From a virus: DNA of 64,000 nucleotides. Positions 1 through 10,625 of the stretch are shown piece after piece (position 1 is the first letter of the stretch; each line of letters starts with the position of its first letter). A program made the translations under genes and the position numbers. The stretch is taken from IMG/VR virus record IMGVR_UViG_3300046333_000090. One strand, given 5' to 3'. The notes beneath the pieces were generated by a model. That model was given only the letters and a program-made list of their open reading frames with translations. It made no database searches and was not told where the DNA came from.

Positions 1-26
1 ATATACATATCCCATTAATCAATACA

Positions 27-1163
27 ATGCTTTCTCGCTATAATTATCGATTTTATCCAACTCCTCACCAACAGTTGCGCCTTGCGCATACTTTTGGTTG
101 CTGTCGTTTTGTTTATAATCATATTTTAGCGATTATTAAATCTAATACTCTCAAATTTACTTCTGCTTACGATCTAATTAAACTTGTTACTTTACTTAAA
201 TCTGAGCACACTTTTCTGAAAGATGTCTCGTCTGTTGCTCTTCAACAATCTGTTTCTAATTTAGGTAGTTCGTTTAAAAACTTTTTTGATTCCCTGAAAG
301 GGAAACGCAAAGGTCAAAAAATAGGTTTCCCTAAATTTAAAAAACGTACTAATTCTCAAAGTTGTACATTTCAATCTAATGGGTATCAATTACTAGCAAA
401 TGGCGAAATATCTATAGCTAAAATCGGTACGATTAAACCTATATATTCTCGCGAATTGCCTTCTACCCCTACTTCTTGCACGATTACTAAAGATTGTGCA
501 GATAGATATTTTATCAGTTTTGTCGTACAAGTAGAACCAGTACAAATATATAGCGAATCACCGAGTATCGGTATCGATTTAGGTATTCAAACTTTTGCTA
601 TTTGTTCTGATGGGACTGCATATAAATCTCCTAATACCTATAATAAACTCTATGACAAGATTGCTAAAGCACAACATAAACATGCTAAGTCACAACCAGG
701 ATCTAAACGTAGAAACAATCTTAGGCTTTCGATAGCAAAATTACATAACAAAATTACTGATATTCGTAAGGATTTCCATCATAAAGTAAGTACTTTAATT
801 TGCAGCAAAAACCAAACTGTAAGTTTAGAACATCTGAATGTAAAAGGAATGCTTGCTAATCGAAAATTGTCGAAAGCAATAAGTAGACAAGGGTGGAGTA
901 ATTTTGTAGTACTAATTAAAGCTAAATGTGATAAATTTGGGAGAGAATTTGTACAGATAGGGAGATTCTATCCAAGCAGTCAGATATGTAACGAGTGTGG
1001 ATACCGATGGGGTTCGCTAGACTTGTCCATAAGGACGATTAAATGCGAAAGATGCGGAGTAATACACGATAGAGACATAAATGCAGCAAAGAATATAGAT
1101 AAAGTCGGCATCGGTCATGGGCACGACTATAAATGTGCGGTGAGAGCAGGTAAGACTAGATAG
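27..1163 (+). CDS. tnpB: IS200/IS605-family RNA-guided nuclease TnpB
   Basis: N-terminal HTH (YNYRFYPTPHQ...FGCCRFVYN), RuvC I IGIDLG, RuvC II VSLEHL, Zn finger CNEC...CERC and RuvC III HDRDINAAKNI are all present. Confidence 0.95.
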   Translation: MLSRYNYRFYPTPHQQLRLAHTFGCCRFVYNHILAIIKSNTLKFTSAYDLIKLVTLLKSEHTFLKDVSSVALQQSVSNLGSSFKNFFDSLKGKRKGQKIGFPKFKKRTNSQSCTFQSNGYQLLANGEISIAKIGTIKPIYSRELPSTPTSCTITKDCADRYFISFVVQVEPVQIYSESPSIGIDLGIQTFAICSDGTAYKSPNTYNKLYDKIAKAQHKHAKSQPGSKRRNNLRLSIAKLHNKITDIRKDFHHKVSTLICSKNQTVSLEHLNVKGMLANRKLSKAISRQGWSNFVVLIKAKCDKFGREFVQIGRFYPSSQICNECGYRWGSLDLSIRTIKCERCGVIHDRDINAAKNIDKVGIGHGHDYKCAVRAGKTR

Positions 1164-1256
1164 TAACCCTTACGGGGTAATTGTGTAGCAATTGTTCTGA
1201 GAAACGCAAAGGAATCCCTGAGAGAAGCGATGCTTTAGCACAGGGAGGTATGTCAA
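27..1256 (+). mobile_element. IS200/IS605 element; left end probably outside the window
   Basis: tnpB is followed by a structured right end with a subterminal hairpin (tccctg...caggga) ending in the typical ...GAGGTATGTCAA at 1256. Confidence 0.85.
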
Positions 1257-1276
1257 ATCTAACACAAATATCTGTA
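1090..1276 (+). ncRNA. predicted TnpB reRNA/omega RNA; guide approx. 1257-1276 (ATCTAACACAAATATCTGTA)
   Basis: TnpB reRNAs overlap the tnpB 3' end and right end and take their guide from flanking DNA; the 5' boundary is an estimate. Confidence 0.6.
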
Positions 1277-1331
1277 TTAACATTGAGGTTAGTATAGTAA
1301 GTTGAATAACATTCCTACCAGGCACATATTA

Positions 1332-1838
1332 ATGTCATTCCCCAAAAATTGTTATCGAATTCGCGCTACCGTACCATCATTCGGCACTCATCTAATTTCG
1401 GAATTACAAGAATTTTTTAATATTACCAGAGACATAATAAAAGCAGATCTATTACATTATGTCACAAATATTAAAAAAGAATACGAATTTATGCGGTTTA
1501 GTATATCAGAAATAGCCGAAGATGGCTATGATGAACAATTTAGTATTATAAAATATTTCAAGTTAGATGACGACAATCGAGTAATTTATGTAAAAGAATT
1601 ATTCAATGATCCGCAAGCTATAATAGATTTTGCGGATAATACGATAGGTGTAACCGAGTTAGTAGATACACTTGCTGAGGTTCTATATAGGTATATTTCC
1701 ATACCACCAAAATTATTACTTTTTGTTGAGTATTTGAATGAAAATGAGTATTACACAATGTTTCCTTGGGAAACATTGTCAGAGTATTTTATTCGGCACC
1801 ATCATATACTAGACCGATATCATTTAACTAGTAAATAA
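1332..1838 (+). CDS. hypothetical phage early protein
   Basis: ORF track 1302..1838; ATG at 1332 is the more plausible start; acidic and aromatic-rich. Confidence 0.6.
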   Translation: MSFPKNCYRIRATVPSFGTHLISELQEFFNITRDIIKADLLHYVTNIKKEYEFMRFSISEIAEDGYDEQFSIIKYFKLDDDNRVIYVKELFNDPQAIIDFADNTIGVTELVDTLAEVLYRYISIPPKLLLFVEYLNENEYYTMFPWETLSEYFIRHHHILDRYHLTSK

Positions 1839-1936
1839 ACAAACATTCCTCAAAATAGCCTATAGACAATTCAGAACGGATCGAATAAAATACTATATGA
1901 GTTGAGCAAACATAATTCTACCAAAATGGAACTAAA

Positions 1937-2254
1937 ATGAATTACAGAATTTTAATTAAACCAGAGTATGATGGCGATACCGATCCTGGGCAGTTTGGGG
2001 ATTGTACCGACGAAACTGTCCAATGGATTAAGGAACAATTATGGAATAATAATGTTTGGGCATGGTGTACCGTCACAGTTAGTATAGATTTTCCATATTT
2101 GGGGATTTTTTTGAGTGAGTCAATTCGTACATGTAGTTATGAGTCAGAAGAGGACTTCAAAAACAGTAGATGCTACGATAGTATGGTGGTTATGCTCAAA
2201 CAACGTGTAGTGGATGCGTGTACCATACTCACAAACGAACTGGTAATACAATAA
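1937..2254 (+). CDS. hypothetical phage early protein
   Basis: 105-aa ORF with upstream GGA, acidic, WAWC motif. Confidence 0.65.
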   Translation: MNYRILIKPEYDGDTDPGQFGDCTDETVQWIKEQLWNNNVWAWCTVTVSIDFPYLGIFLSESIRTCSYESEEDFKNSRCYDSMVVMLKQRVVDACTILTNELVIQ

Positions 2255-2532
2255 TCAGCTATGATGTAAACATACTTAATTAGACCTAAACTATGTATGA
2301 CGGGATAAAAAATGAAAATTATTAATTGTGTAGTAGCGTGGATTGATTGGAGATTGTCTGATATACAGTGCGGATTTTGCAAAATTAAGTGGAAATATCA
2401 AGTCTGGAACTTGACTATTATAAAAAGGGACAATTTGGGTAGTTTGTTTGACTACATGTAAGTCAATTGGCGGATAGACAACCATAGAATCTATCCGCTA
2501 TGATGTAAACATACTAAATAGAGGTTAATAAC

Positions 2533-3096
2533 ATGACGGACACAAAAGTAGTTTTGCTTCTTTTCTTTTCTGGCACATACGACACTATATGGGCACCACC
2601 ATATCCTACAGACGACAATGGTGACGAACTATTAGGCGATCTAGACTTTGGATTATATATGAATTATATATCACACGGTATTACATTAGAAGTAGACAAA
2701 TTGCTACCATTTGCTGATGGGGATGTAGTATTTCAGTCGTGTCACGTACCAAAAGAATACAATAGTGTCACTGACACTATTATAGTGACATTAAAGAACT
2801 ACCGAAATAACATAAATTATCTACGTGGATATGCAGCATATCACAAAAAATACTTCCAAAAGTATCTCAACAGTAATTTTAAATCCTGTGATGGATTTAT
2901 TTCATACTACTCTGATAATTATGATTTTTGGGCACAACAATATTCTGAAGATCTTGATGAAGTGGAAGTTGGAACATACTTGTCATTCTATCTGATAAGT
3001 GAAGTATCTGTAGATTTGAACGAATACATTTTTGATTCAGTGGCTACAGATGTAAGAGAATGGGTATCGGACAACTTCACTTATGAGTCTGAATAG
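2533..3096 (+). CDS. hypothetical phage early protein
   Basis: 187-aa acidic ORF with GAGG RBS and its own promoter. Confidence 0.75.
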   Translation: MTDTKVVLLLFFSGTYDTIWAPPYPTDDNGDELLGDLDFGLYMNYISHGITLEVDKLLPFADGDVVFQSCHVPKEYNSVTDTIIVTLKNYRNNINYLRGYAAYHKKYFQKYLNSNFKSCDGFISYYSDNYDFWAQQYSEDLDEVEVGTYLSFYLISEVSVDLNEYIFDSVATDVREWVSDNFTYESE

Positions 3097-3123
3097 ACTA
3101 CAATTATTAAATTTAATAATCTT

Positions 3124-3152
3124 AGCCGATCTGATTAGATCGGCTATTTTTT
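3124..3152 (+). terminator. intrinsic terminator AGCCGATCT-loop-AGATCGGCT plus T-run (related copies at ~6837, 8074, 8620, 10035, 10651)
   Basis: GC-rich stem followed by a T tract directly after stop codons. Confidence 0.8.
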
Positions 3153-3447
3153 ATGCCAGATCGATCTCACTCCTCTCTACTGTGCCTAAAATGCCCTATA
3201 AGACGGATCTAACTGATTTTAGGTATATCTCACCTACACCAAAAATACAATGTATAAATTGTAGGTGAAAACAAATGGCTGAGACACAATGTAATCTCTA
3301 AGCCATTATGCCCAATCTCTTGAAATAGCTTGCTATTAGATTCGATTGGTGAGATAGTAAAGAGGTAAGCAACAAATCGAACCATATAAAAAATGACTTG
3401 CCCCCTACGCCGCTCTAACGTTTACTCACTATCTGCAACAATTAATT

Positions 3448-3663
3448 TTGACAATATCGATTATGATCGGGGGAGAATTAGAGTCCAATTGGGTATCATT
3501 TATATATGGGTGGCTAACTCATATCCGACAAAATTATACTATCAACAATGATATTGGATTTATTACTTTTGTTGGTAAAGATTATTATGGTCATATAACT
3601 TATACTCGCACTCGCCGAATTTATTTAAATAGTTCCCGATTGTATATTAAAACGTTAATATAA
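3448..3663 (+). CDS. small hypothetical protein
   Basis: 71-aa ORF downstream of a repeated promoter; start uncertain. Confidence 0.35.
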   Translation: MTISIMIGGELESNWVSFIYGWLTHIRQNYTINNDIGFITFVGKDYYGHITYTRTRRIYLNSSRLYIKTLI

Positions 3664-3782
3664 AACCTATACTATCTATTAATAAACATCTCAGTAGTTA
3701 AGTAATTTGGCTGATGTGTATATATCCTCACATCAGCTACCATCTAATCAGTCAATCTAAACATATACAAAAGGTAAACAAA

Positions 3783-4097
3783 ATGAGTCTTGAAACATTA
3801 AATGATACTTTCGGATTGCCACAAGATGCTACATTAGAAGATATACAAGTATTTTTTAAACAAAATAGTGTGTCTTACCAGATATTTACCCGTCCGCACG
3901 ATAAGAATGGTGATCGGTGCTACATAATAGCAGTATATATGACTACTGGTAAGGTATACGGCTTTAAAACTTATAACACTAGTATTTGTCTATCAATGTT
4001 TAAATTTTGTAATAAACTACCAATACAATTAGAATTATCCCCAGCTAATTTTAAATTTTTAGATAAACATCAAATAGATTTTGTATTTCATTGTTAA
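3783..4097 (+). CDS. hypothetical phage early protein
   Basis: ORF track 3714..4097; the AAGGTAAACAAAATG leader favours ATG 3783. Confidence 0.65.
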   Translation: MSLETLNDTFGLPQDATLEDIQVFFKQNSVSYQIFTRPHDKNGDRCYIIAVYMTTGKVYGFKTYNTSICLSMFKFCNKLPIQLELSPANFKFLDKHQIDFVFHC

Positions 4098-4173
4098 TCT
4101 CAGTCATCTGGCGGATTGAATATACCAAACCCAATCCGCTATCATGTAAACAACAAATAAATAGAGACATAAC

Positions 4174-4437
4174 ATGAAATTAACCGAATATATCAATCCT
4201 TGGATCATATGGTATGCAGATGGCGAAATAATAGAAACGCAACATAACTCACGACCATTAGCTGAGTCTTTTCATAAAATATGTACGGTTTATCCTGGAA
4301 TAAATATGAAGTATTTGCAACATATATTTGATTCGTACGATATAGAAAACTTAGCAGATCCTATCTATGTTGAAAACATTTTTTGCGAAAAATTAGCACT
4401 ATATCACGACGAACTATACCCATACTCAGAGGATTAA
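4174..4437 (+). CDS. hypothetical phage early protein
   Basis: 87-aa ORF with its own hairpin-embedded promoter. Confidence 0.65.
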   Translation: MKLTEYINPWIIWYADGEIIETQHNSRPLAESFHKICTVYPGINMKYLQHIFDSYDIENLADPIYVENIFCEKLALYHDELYPYSED

Positions 4438-4533
4438 GTAGACTATATTGCGACAATTGGCTGATAGACAAATACTCACTCTATCAGTTAAAGTTGAAAC
4501 ATACCAAATCGAATCATAACTAGGTAAACAAAA

Positions 4534-5373
4534 ATGGCAACTGCAATCGAATCAATTACAGAATCTTACAATTTAGTCGATGGTAATATGGAGATATGCC
4601 CTAAAAATAAAGGTAAGTGGATCACATCTGACATGTTGCGCATCGGTGACTATGACAATAGTACCGATGTACAGCGTGCTAATGTATCATACATTTTGGA
4701 ACATTATGCGTCAAATCGTTATCATGAAACACATTTAGGGTATGGTCATCATCAAATATTTCTTAAATTTACCGAAGTAAACGCAGCATTGGTATGTGAT
4801 CTAGAGGATTATCCTACCATCTGTGATTCGTACTACTATGACTGGCAACAAAAACATTCTAAGGAATACTTCAATGATAGTGATATATCATATTATCCTG
4901 TAATCGAGCAAGCATTAAATCGACTACATGAAGATACAGATTGGACTGTATCAGATCGGATCTATGGTGCTATACTACATTTTTCTGACTTATGGTGTGG
5001 CGGAGAATCTTATCATTGGAGCGGTTCATCATACTACTTCACTCTGCAAGATAGTAATTATGCTTCTGATGACAATATAAATGAAGTAGTTTTATACTTT
5101 ATCGATAACCCACCATACTCAAAAAAAGATCTTAACCCAAATACAATTGATAACATAATACAAAATGTAACTCCTGGCATATATACCCTAGTTGCTACTA
5201 GTTATAATGACTTAGAATTACATGGTGGTGGTATAGACTACATGACTACTCACGATTATCCTATGCAAGAGATTACAATATATGACGGCGATGACATTAA
5301 ATCCATAATACAAGACGCATACAATGAAATAGTCGAATACAATTTTGAATATCTCGATTATGCACCTATATAA
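4534..5373 (+). CDS. hypothetical acidic phage early protein
   Basis: 279-aa ORF, AGGTAAACAAAAATG leader, very D/E/Y-rich. Confidence 0.8.
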   Translation: MATAIESITESYNLVDGNMEICPKNKGKWITSDMLRIGDYDNSTDVQRANVSYILEHYASNRYHETHLGYGHHQIFLKFTEVNAALVCDLEDYPTICDSYYYDWQQKHSKEYFNDSDISYYPVIEQALNRLHEDTDWTVSDRIYGAILHFSDLWCGGESYHWSGSSYYFTLQDSNYASDDNINEVVLYFIDNPPYSKKDLNPNTIDNIIQNVTPGIYTLVATSYNDLELHGGGIDYMTTHDYPMQEITIYDGDDIKSIIQDAYNEIVEYNFEYLDYAPI

Positions 5374-5574
5374 TTATTAAATTTAATATCTAGATCGATT
5401 ATCCGATCTAGATATCATCTCTATGACCGCTAGAATGCCCCAGAACTGCTCTAATCATCAAACTAGACTCGTACTCGTCTCAATCATTACGACACTGTAT
5501 AAATTGTAGTAGGAAACAAATGGCTTAGACACAACGTAATCTCTAAGCCATTATACTGAATCTCTTAAAATAGC

Positions 5575-5605
5575 TTGCAATTAGATCGGATTAGTGGGAT
5601 AGTTA
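5575..5605 (+). promoter_or_regulatory. repeated sigma70-like early promoter (TTGCAA...GATAGT); copies at ~3330, 7055, 9446
   Basis: Conserved cttgcaattagatcggattagtgggatagt precedes ORFs; a second class (TGCTAG...TATAAT) is at ~8228 and ~10255. Confidence 0.6.
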
Positions 5606-5632
5606 AGAAGTCGAGCAAACAACACAACAACA

Positions 5633-5881
5633 ATGATAACTCAACTGTATCTTATTAAACGAATCTGTTCAGACTATACCAAATCTAAATCAGTCTACTA
5701 TAATTATGGTAGTATCGATGATGCGATATCAACTACTAAGAATACTTGTGAGACTATATTTAATTATAACCATGTAGCAGAATCATCTATATTTGAAATA
5801 TGGGCAGATGATAGTAAATTAGTGACAATAACAACTAATTTGGTAGATTTTTGTCCAGATACTATGGTTACTTTTCATTAA
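5633..5881 (+). CDS. hypothetical phage early protein
   Basis: 82-aa ORF directly after a repeated promoter unit. Confidence 0.65.
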   Translation: MITQLYLIKRICSDYTKSKSVYYNYGSIDDAISTTKNTCETIFNYNHVAESSIFEIWADDSKLVTITTNLVDFCPDTMVTFH

Positions 5882-5969
5882 ACTTCCGCAATTTAGCTGA
5901 TGTGTAACTATCCTCATATCAGCTACCATGTAAACATACTCAATCGAAACACATACAAGGTAAACACCA

Positions 5970-6332
5970 ATGTCCAATACCTCTAACAGTAAATTTGTCC
6001 TAGATTCTGTACGGAATCATGTTACACAATCTGTATCTATTGATGGTACTGTTCCATCATTCTCTGCTGCGGCTGTCTATGTTTGGCATGAATTCATACG
6101 AGTTACAAATAATGATTATTATAAACATCATTTTCCCAACTTGCAAGATCGGTTTAGTAATTATCTCGATGGCTTACCTCACTCATTTTTAATTTATTAT
6201 AATGAGATGGAAACCTATCTAGATACACTCGGTCTTAACAATAATTCCAAGACTAAATTTAGTGAAGACAAAATACATAAAATGTATCACTTTCTTATCT
6301 ATAAAGTAATATATCGCGAAATTTCAAAATAA
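5970..6332 (+). CDS. hypothetical phage early protein
   Basis: 120-aa ORF with AAGGTAAAC leader. Confidence 0.7.
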   Translation: MSNTSNSKFVLDSVRNHVTQSVSIDGTVPSFSAAAVYVWHEFIRVTNNDYYKHHFPNLQDRFSNYLDGLPHSFLIYYNEMETYLDTLGLNNNSKTKFSEDKIHKMYHFLIYKVIYREISK

Positions 6333-6397
6333 TACATTATTGGCGATCTGATATTACAGATCGCCGTAACTACTCACTCACCTAACCTTAAAATACA

Positions 6398-6805
6398 ATG
6401 AATCATTCTAAACTACAATCTATAGAATTTGACGGATCTATTGCATTTAATGATGCTACTGAATTACTAGAATACGTTCAATTACTTACTGGCATCATAC
6501 CAGATGATAATGAGCATTGTATTATTAATGGTGAGAAATACTACTACAATGATGTGATAACTCCACTATTCGATATCTTTGCCGCAATTTTACTAGCATT
6601 CCCTACACTCACATCAGAACAACAAAATACAATCTCACTACTTGAAGATTACAGTGACTTAAATAAATATCGTATCGGTAGCTGTGGTATTACATTAGAT
6701 GACATTTATGATCATGACGAAAATAATTTTCATTATGGCATTCGCCATATCTATGAACTATTAGGGGGGATTGCCCCAACTACTGATGATGCTGAAGCTG
6801 AATAA
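6398..6805 (+). CDS. hypothetical phage early protein
   Basis: 135-aa acidic ORF followed by a terminator. Confidence 0.7.
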   Translation: MNHSKLQSIEFDGSIAFNDATELLEYVQLLTGIIPDDNEHCIINGEKYYYNDVITPLFDIFAAILLAFPTLTSEQQNTISLLEDYSDLNKYRIGSCGITLDDIYDHDENNFHYGIRHIYELLGGIAPTTDDAEAE

Positions 6806-7112
6806 CACTACAAATTATTAAATTTAATAATACAAAAGCCGTTCTCATCAGATCGGCTTTTTTGGTTTATAGCAGTTCTACTCGATCCTTAACATCATCT
6901 CTAAGGTGCCCAGAATGCCCTATAACGAATCAAACACTCAAACTAGACTCATAATCACCTTACTAATTACGACACTGTATAAATTGTAGTGATACACAAA
7001 TGGCTTAGACCTATCGTAATCAATACGTCATTATGCTTAATCTCTTAAAATAGCTTGCAATTAGATCGCATTAGTGGGATAGTTGAGAGGTAAACAAATA
7101 GCCGCTAATCAA

Positions 7113-7349
7113 ATGATTCCACTAATCCGACTTAAAAATATGATAGCTACCGAACAAAAGGTTTATGCTACCTGGAATAAACAAAGAATTACTATCAATA
7201 ATGTATTACTTTCTGAAATATTTTTTAGTATACATGGTAGTTCTATATTCAATCAATTACATCATACTACAATAGATCACTTATCCGATATAAGTTATGA
7301 TATAGTCCCTAATAAATATCAGCCATTTGGCCGTTCCTATCTATCCTAA
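7113..7349 (+). CDS. hypothetical phage early protein
   Basis: ORF track 7083..7349; start uncertain (7113 or 7140). Confidence 0.5.
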   Translation: MIPLIRLKNMIATEQKVYATWNKQRITINNVLLSEIFFSIHGSSIFNQLHHTTIDHLSDISYDIVPNKYQPFGRSYLS

Positions 7350-7403
7350 GATCGGCTACCATATAAACATAACAAGCAAACCGCCACTAAGGGAACAGAG
7401 AAC

Positions 7404-8045
7404 ATGAATTTTCAAACCACTACAACTAATTTCAATCTATTTCTTACCACTAATGGGTACCCTACATCAGAAAATACAATGTATCTTTTGTCTAAGTCTT
7501 ATGATGTTTTCCTGACAACTAATTCATACGATCATTTTGTAGATAAAATGCTACAATATGTCTCAGAATCCTATAATACAGAGTTAGATCGTATAGAACA
7601 ATGTTTCGATATATTAGGTGATGAGGTATTACTATCTCCCACTATATTCATAGATCTATTGTATGGATTTTATAAGATCCAACAAATACTCGATCTTAAC
7701 ACTAGTGACAATCTATTACTAATGACTCAGTATGATATACTAACCTTAACTCTAAGTGTCCTTAATTTTTGTGAATATGGTAGCACTTTTATCGATTTTG
7801 CAAAAATCATATCGATCTGTGATACAGCTTGTGACATAACTTTACTACAACATGACTTTATTGTGTGGTATACATTACAATTATATCCATATACTACCCA
7901 AAAATTCACTTTATCCGAATTTCGTGATACAATGTGTAATCTAGATATAGTAGCATCTCGTAAAGTACCCTATGGATTAAATAATACACTTCTCAATTTT
8001 GGCTGTTTCAAAAATATTAATGGTATATACATTCAACTACCATAA
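7404..8045 (+). CDS. hypothetical phage early protein
   Basis: 213-aa ORF with AAGGGA RBS and a downstream terminator. Confidence 0.7.
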   Translation: MNFQTTTTNFNLFLTTNGYPTSENTMYLLSKSYDVFLTTNSYDHFVDKMLQYVSESYNTELDRIEQCFDILGDEVLLSPTIFIDLLYGFYKIQQILDLNTSDNLLLMTQYDILTLTLSVLNFCEYGSTFIDFAKIISICDTACDITLLQHDFIVWYTLQLYPYTTQKFTLSEFRDTMCNLDIVASRKVPYGLNNTLLNFGCFKNINGIYIQLP

Positions 8046-8280
8046 CCCTACTATCTATTACCTTTAATAACACAGCCGATCTGATTAAGATCGGCTGTTT
8101 TTTTGTTCTTAATTTACGCGATCGTTCTCACTACTCTATTACTATCTTCTCTATTACCGCTATTATGCCATCAGATTACGACATTGTAGTGAGAAACATA
8201 AGCTATTATGCTTAACTTCTGGCAGACTGCTAGATATCTCGTTATAATTTAAGAGTAAACAGATTTCGGAGATACGACTC

Positions 8281-8607
8281 ATGACTACTTCTACTCATTA
8301 TGTATTACTAACTCATTGTCTAGAATATTCCTATAATGACTACGAATCAGATGAATCAGATGAATCATACTACACATACGAATTGATTGTACCACACTCA
8401 TTCGCTGATGTGGTAGAAACTGCTTTAGATTATGGTAATGTAAGCTACAGTTGGAACTGCGAATATAATGATTGCCAACACTATGTTTTAGATGAGACTC
8501 CAGCAGATGACAATGAATGGAAAAAAGTGACAGATCGATTATCGATGATAATGTCTGAATTTTGTATAGATTACCATCATGACCTAATCTGCTACCATAT
8601 TTATTAA
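8281..8607 (+). CDS. hypothetical acidic phage early protein
   Basis: 108-aa ORF with GGAG RBS; promoter and MTTST start are shared with 10308. Confidence 0.7.
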   Translation: MTTSTHYVLLTHCLEYSYNDYESDESDESYYTYELIVPHSFADVVETALDYGNVSYSWNCEYNDCQHYVLDETPADDNEWKKVTDRLSMIMSEFCIDYHHDLICYHIY

Positions 8608-9518
8608 CTTTAATACCACAGCCGATCTTAATCAGATCGGCTGTTTTTTTGTACCTGAATTCACCACAAAATACTACATTATTTGGTAGGCACACTCTAT
8701 TATAACAATTTGTTATAACATCAAATATTAATGAATGTTATAATAAATTGTTATAACATTCATTTTGTAGTATTGTTTGGGTGGATATAGAAATCACTCC
8801 AAACCCATACACAGCACTACATTCAGCCATTTCAAAAACTACAAAAGTGACACCACTTTGACACCACTTTTTGTAAGACTTATGGTAAAATCTACTATAA
8901 CTTCTTACATATTAGGCTACAAATCTACTACACATTATTAAATTTAATAGTCTACTGAGCGATCGTTCTCAATGCTAGGTCAACCCCTTACAAAAAGTCA
9001 TTAAAAGGACTACAAACCTATTGGATACGTCATTATGCACTACTGATTATGTATGTCTATCTTGCTACCTAATGTAATAAAATCCAGATCTGGAGATTGT
9101 AACTCCCAAACACTATACTCTGTAATATGTGTAGCGGTGGTATATACATTATCTAGTCAGTCTTTTGTAGACAAAAAGTCATTAAAAGGACTACAAACCC
9201 ATTGGAGATCGATCGCCACAAATTACAGTTTATTGCAGTATGTGGTATGACTGGAGATCGATCGCTACCACGCCGATCCCTAATATGCTCTGAGAGGTGC
9301 CTAGAATGCCCTCAGACAGTCCAGACAGTCAATCTAGACATATACTCACTTCACTCATTACGACAATGTAGAAATTGTAGTGAGAAACAAATGGCTGAGA
9401 GACAATGTAATCCCTCAGCCATTATGCCTAATATCTTAAAATTGCTTGGAATTGGATCGGGATTAGTGGGATAGTAGAGAGGTAAGCAAACAACAACCGA
9501 TAAGGGAACATAATACAA

Positions 9519-9953
9519 ATGAATATATTCACTATAGAATTACAACGTATTATTACTGCCAGAACCGGATGTACTAGTTTTAGTAGTGCTAAACTAGTCA
9601 CATATCTAGATAGTCATATAGATACAGTTAATCTATATGATACAGTTGTAATTTTGGAGCATCTGATAATCTCAGATATTGCACCAGAACAATGTATTAT
9701 CTCTATAGTATGGCTAAAATTATGTAAGCTTTACCCTAAACAATCGATATTGTTTAGCTGGGATTATGTTACAGCATTGTATCATTTTTGTATTGATGAA
9801 TGTTGCTGTAACAATAACAACATTGATGATGTATTATACTCAATATTATCAATGTACTACATTGATGATGATAATGTATTTTGTGTTGCAAATACACTTA
9901 ATATGCTACAATGTCAGTTTGTCACATATTGGATTGATATACCTACTAGATAA
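9519..9953 (+). CDS. hypothetical phage early protein
   Basis: 144-aa ORF after a repeated promoter unit, AAGGGA RBS. Confidence 0.65.
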   Translation: MNIFTIELQRIITARTGCTSFSSAKLVTYLDSHIDTVNLYDTVVILEHLIISDIAPEQCIISIVWLKLCKLYPKQSILFSWDYVTALYHFCIDECCCNNNNIDDVLYSILSMYYIDDDNVFCVANTLNMLQCQFVTYWIDIPTR

Positions 9954-10307
9954 TCAGTGGTTAGTTAATGGCGATAAAATATTAGTTTGTAAATTAGCAT
10001 AACACTACAATCTAATTATTAACTTTAATAACACAGCCGATCTAGTGAGATCGGCTGTGTTATTTTGTTTATGCCAGATCGCCCGATCTGCTAATATCCT
10101 CTCTATGGTGTTTAAAAATGCCATACAATCGATCGAACTGCCAAACTAGACATATACTCACTTCACTCATTACGACAATGTATAAACTGTAGGAGTTTTA
10201 AATGGCTGAGATACAGCGTAATCACTAAGCTATTATGCTTAACTTCTGACAAACTGCTAGATATCTCGTTATAATTAAAGAGTAAACAGATTCGAGGTTA
10301 CGACATT

Positions 10308-10625
10308 ATGACTACTTCAACTACGACTTTAGAATTAATCGATCTACATGATGTGTATGGTGATAATTTAGCGGAATTGTTTGTAGACATACAAAATGAG
10401 TCTTCTGGATCGATAGAGTACGAAAATGATACAATAGCGTATTATATATTACTTAGTGATGGTATATTGTATTACGACTATGCAGAAAACATCACAAACG
10501 GTGACAAAATGTTACCGTATGCTTATATATATCTACCTTGTAATCCTAGTGAGTTACTAGTAGTTAATACAGTTGTATCTGCTTATAATACACTAGTTGC
10601 TGAAAAATTACCATTAGTAAGTTAA
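10308..10625 (+). CDS. hypothetical acidic phage early protein
   Basis: 105-aa ORF with GAGG RBS. Confidence 0.7.
   Translation: MTTSTTTLELIDLHDVYGDNLAELFVDIQNESSGSIEYENDTIAYYILLSDGILYYDYAENITNGDKMLPYAYIYLPCNPSELLVVNTVVSAYNTLVAEKLPLVS

Larger units (their letters stand above)
3097..10307 (+). repeat. dispersed ~250-bp intergenic unit, six copies (approx. 3097-3380, 5374-5620, 6806-7100, 8046-8280, 9255-9500, 10003-10307)
   Basis: The order palindrome, AGCCGATCT...AGATCGGCT terminator, CTAGAATGCCC motif, ACGACACTGTATAAATTGTAG, AATGGCT...AGCCATT hairpin, promoter recurs (some copies partial). Confidence 0.9.

Noticed and set aside
9053-9474. ORFs 9053..9250 and 9202..9474 (also 3083..3268)
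   Set aside because: They run through non-coding repeat, terminator and promoter units.
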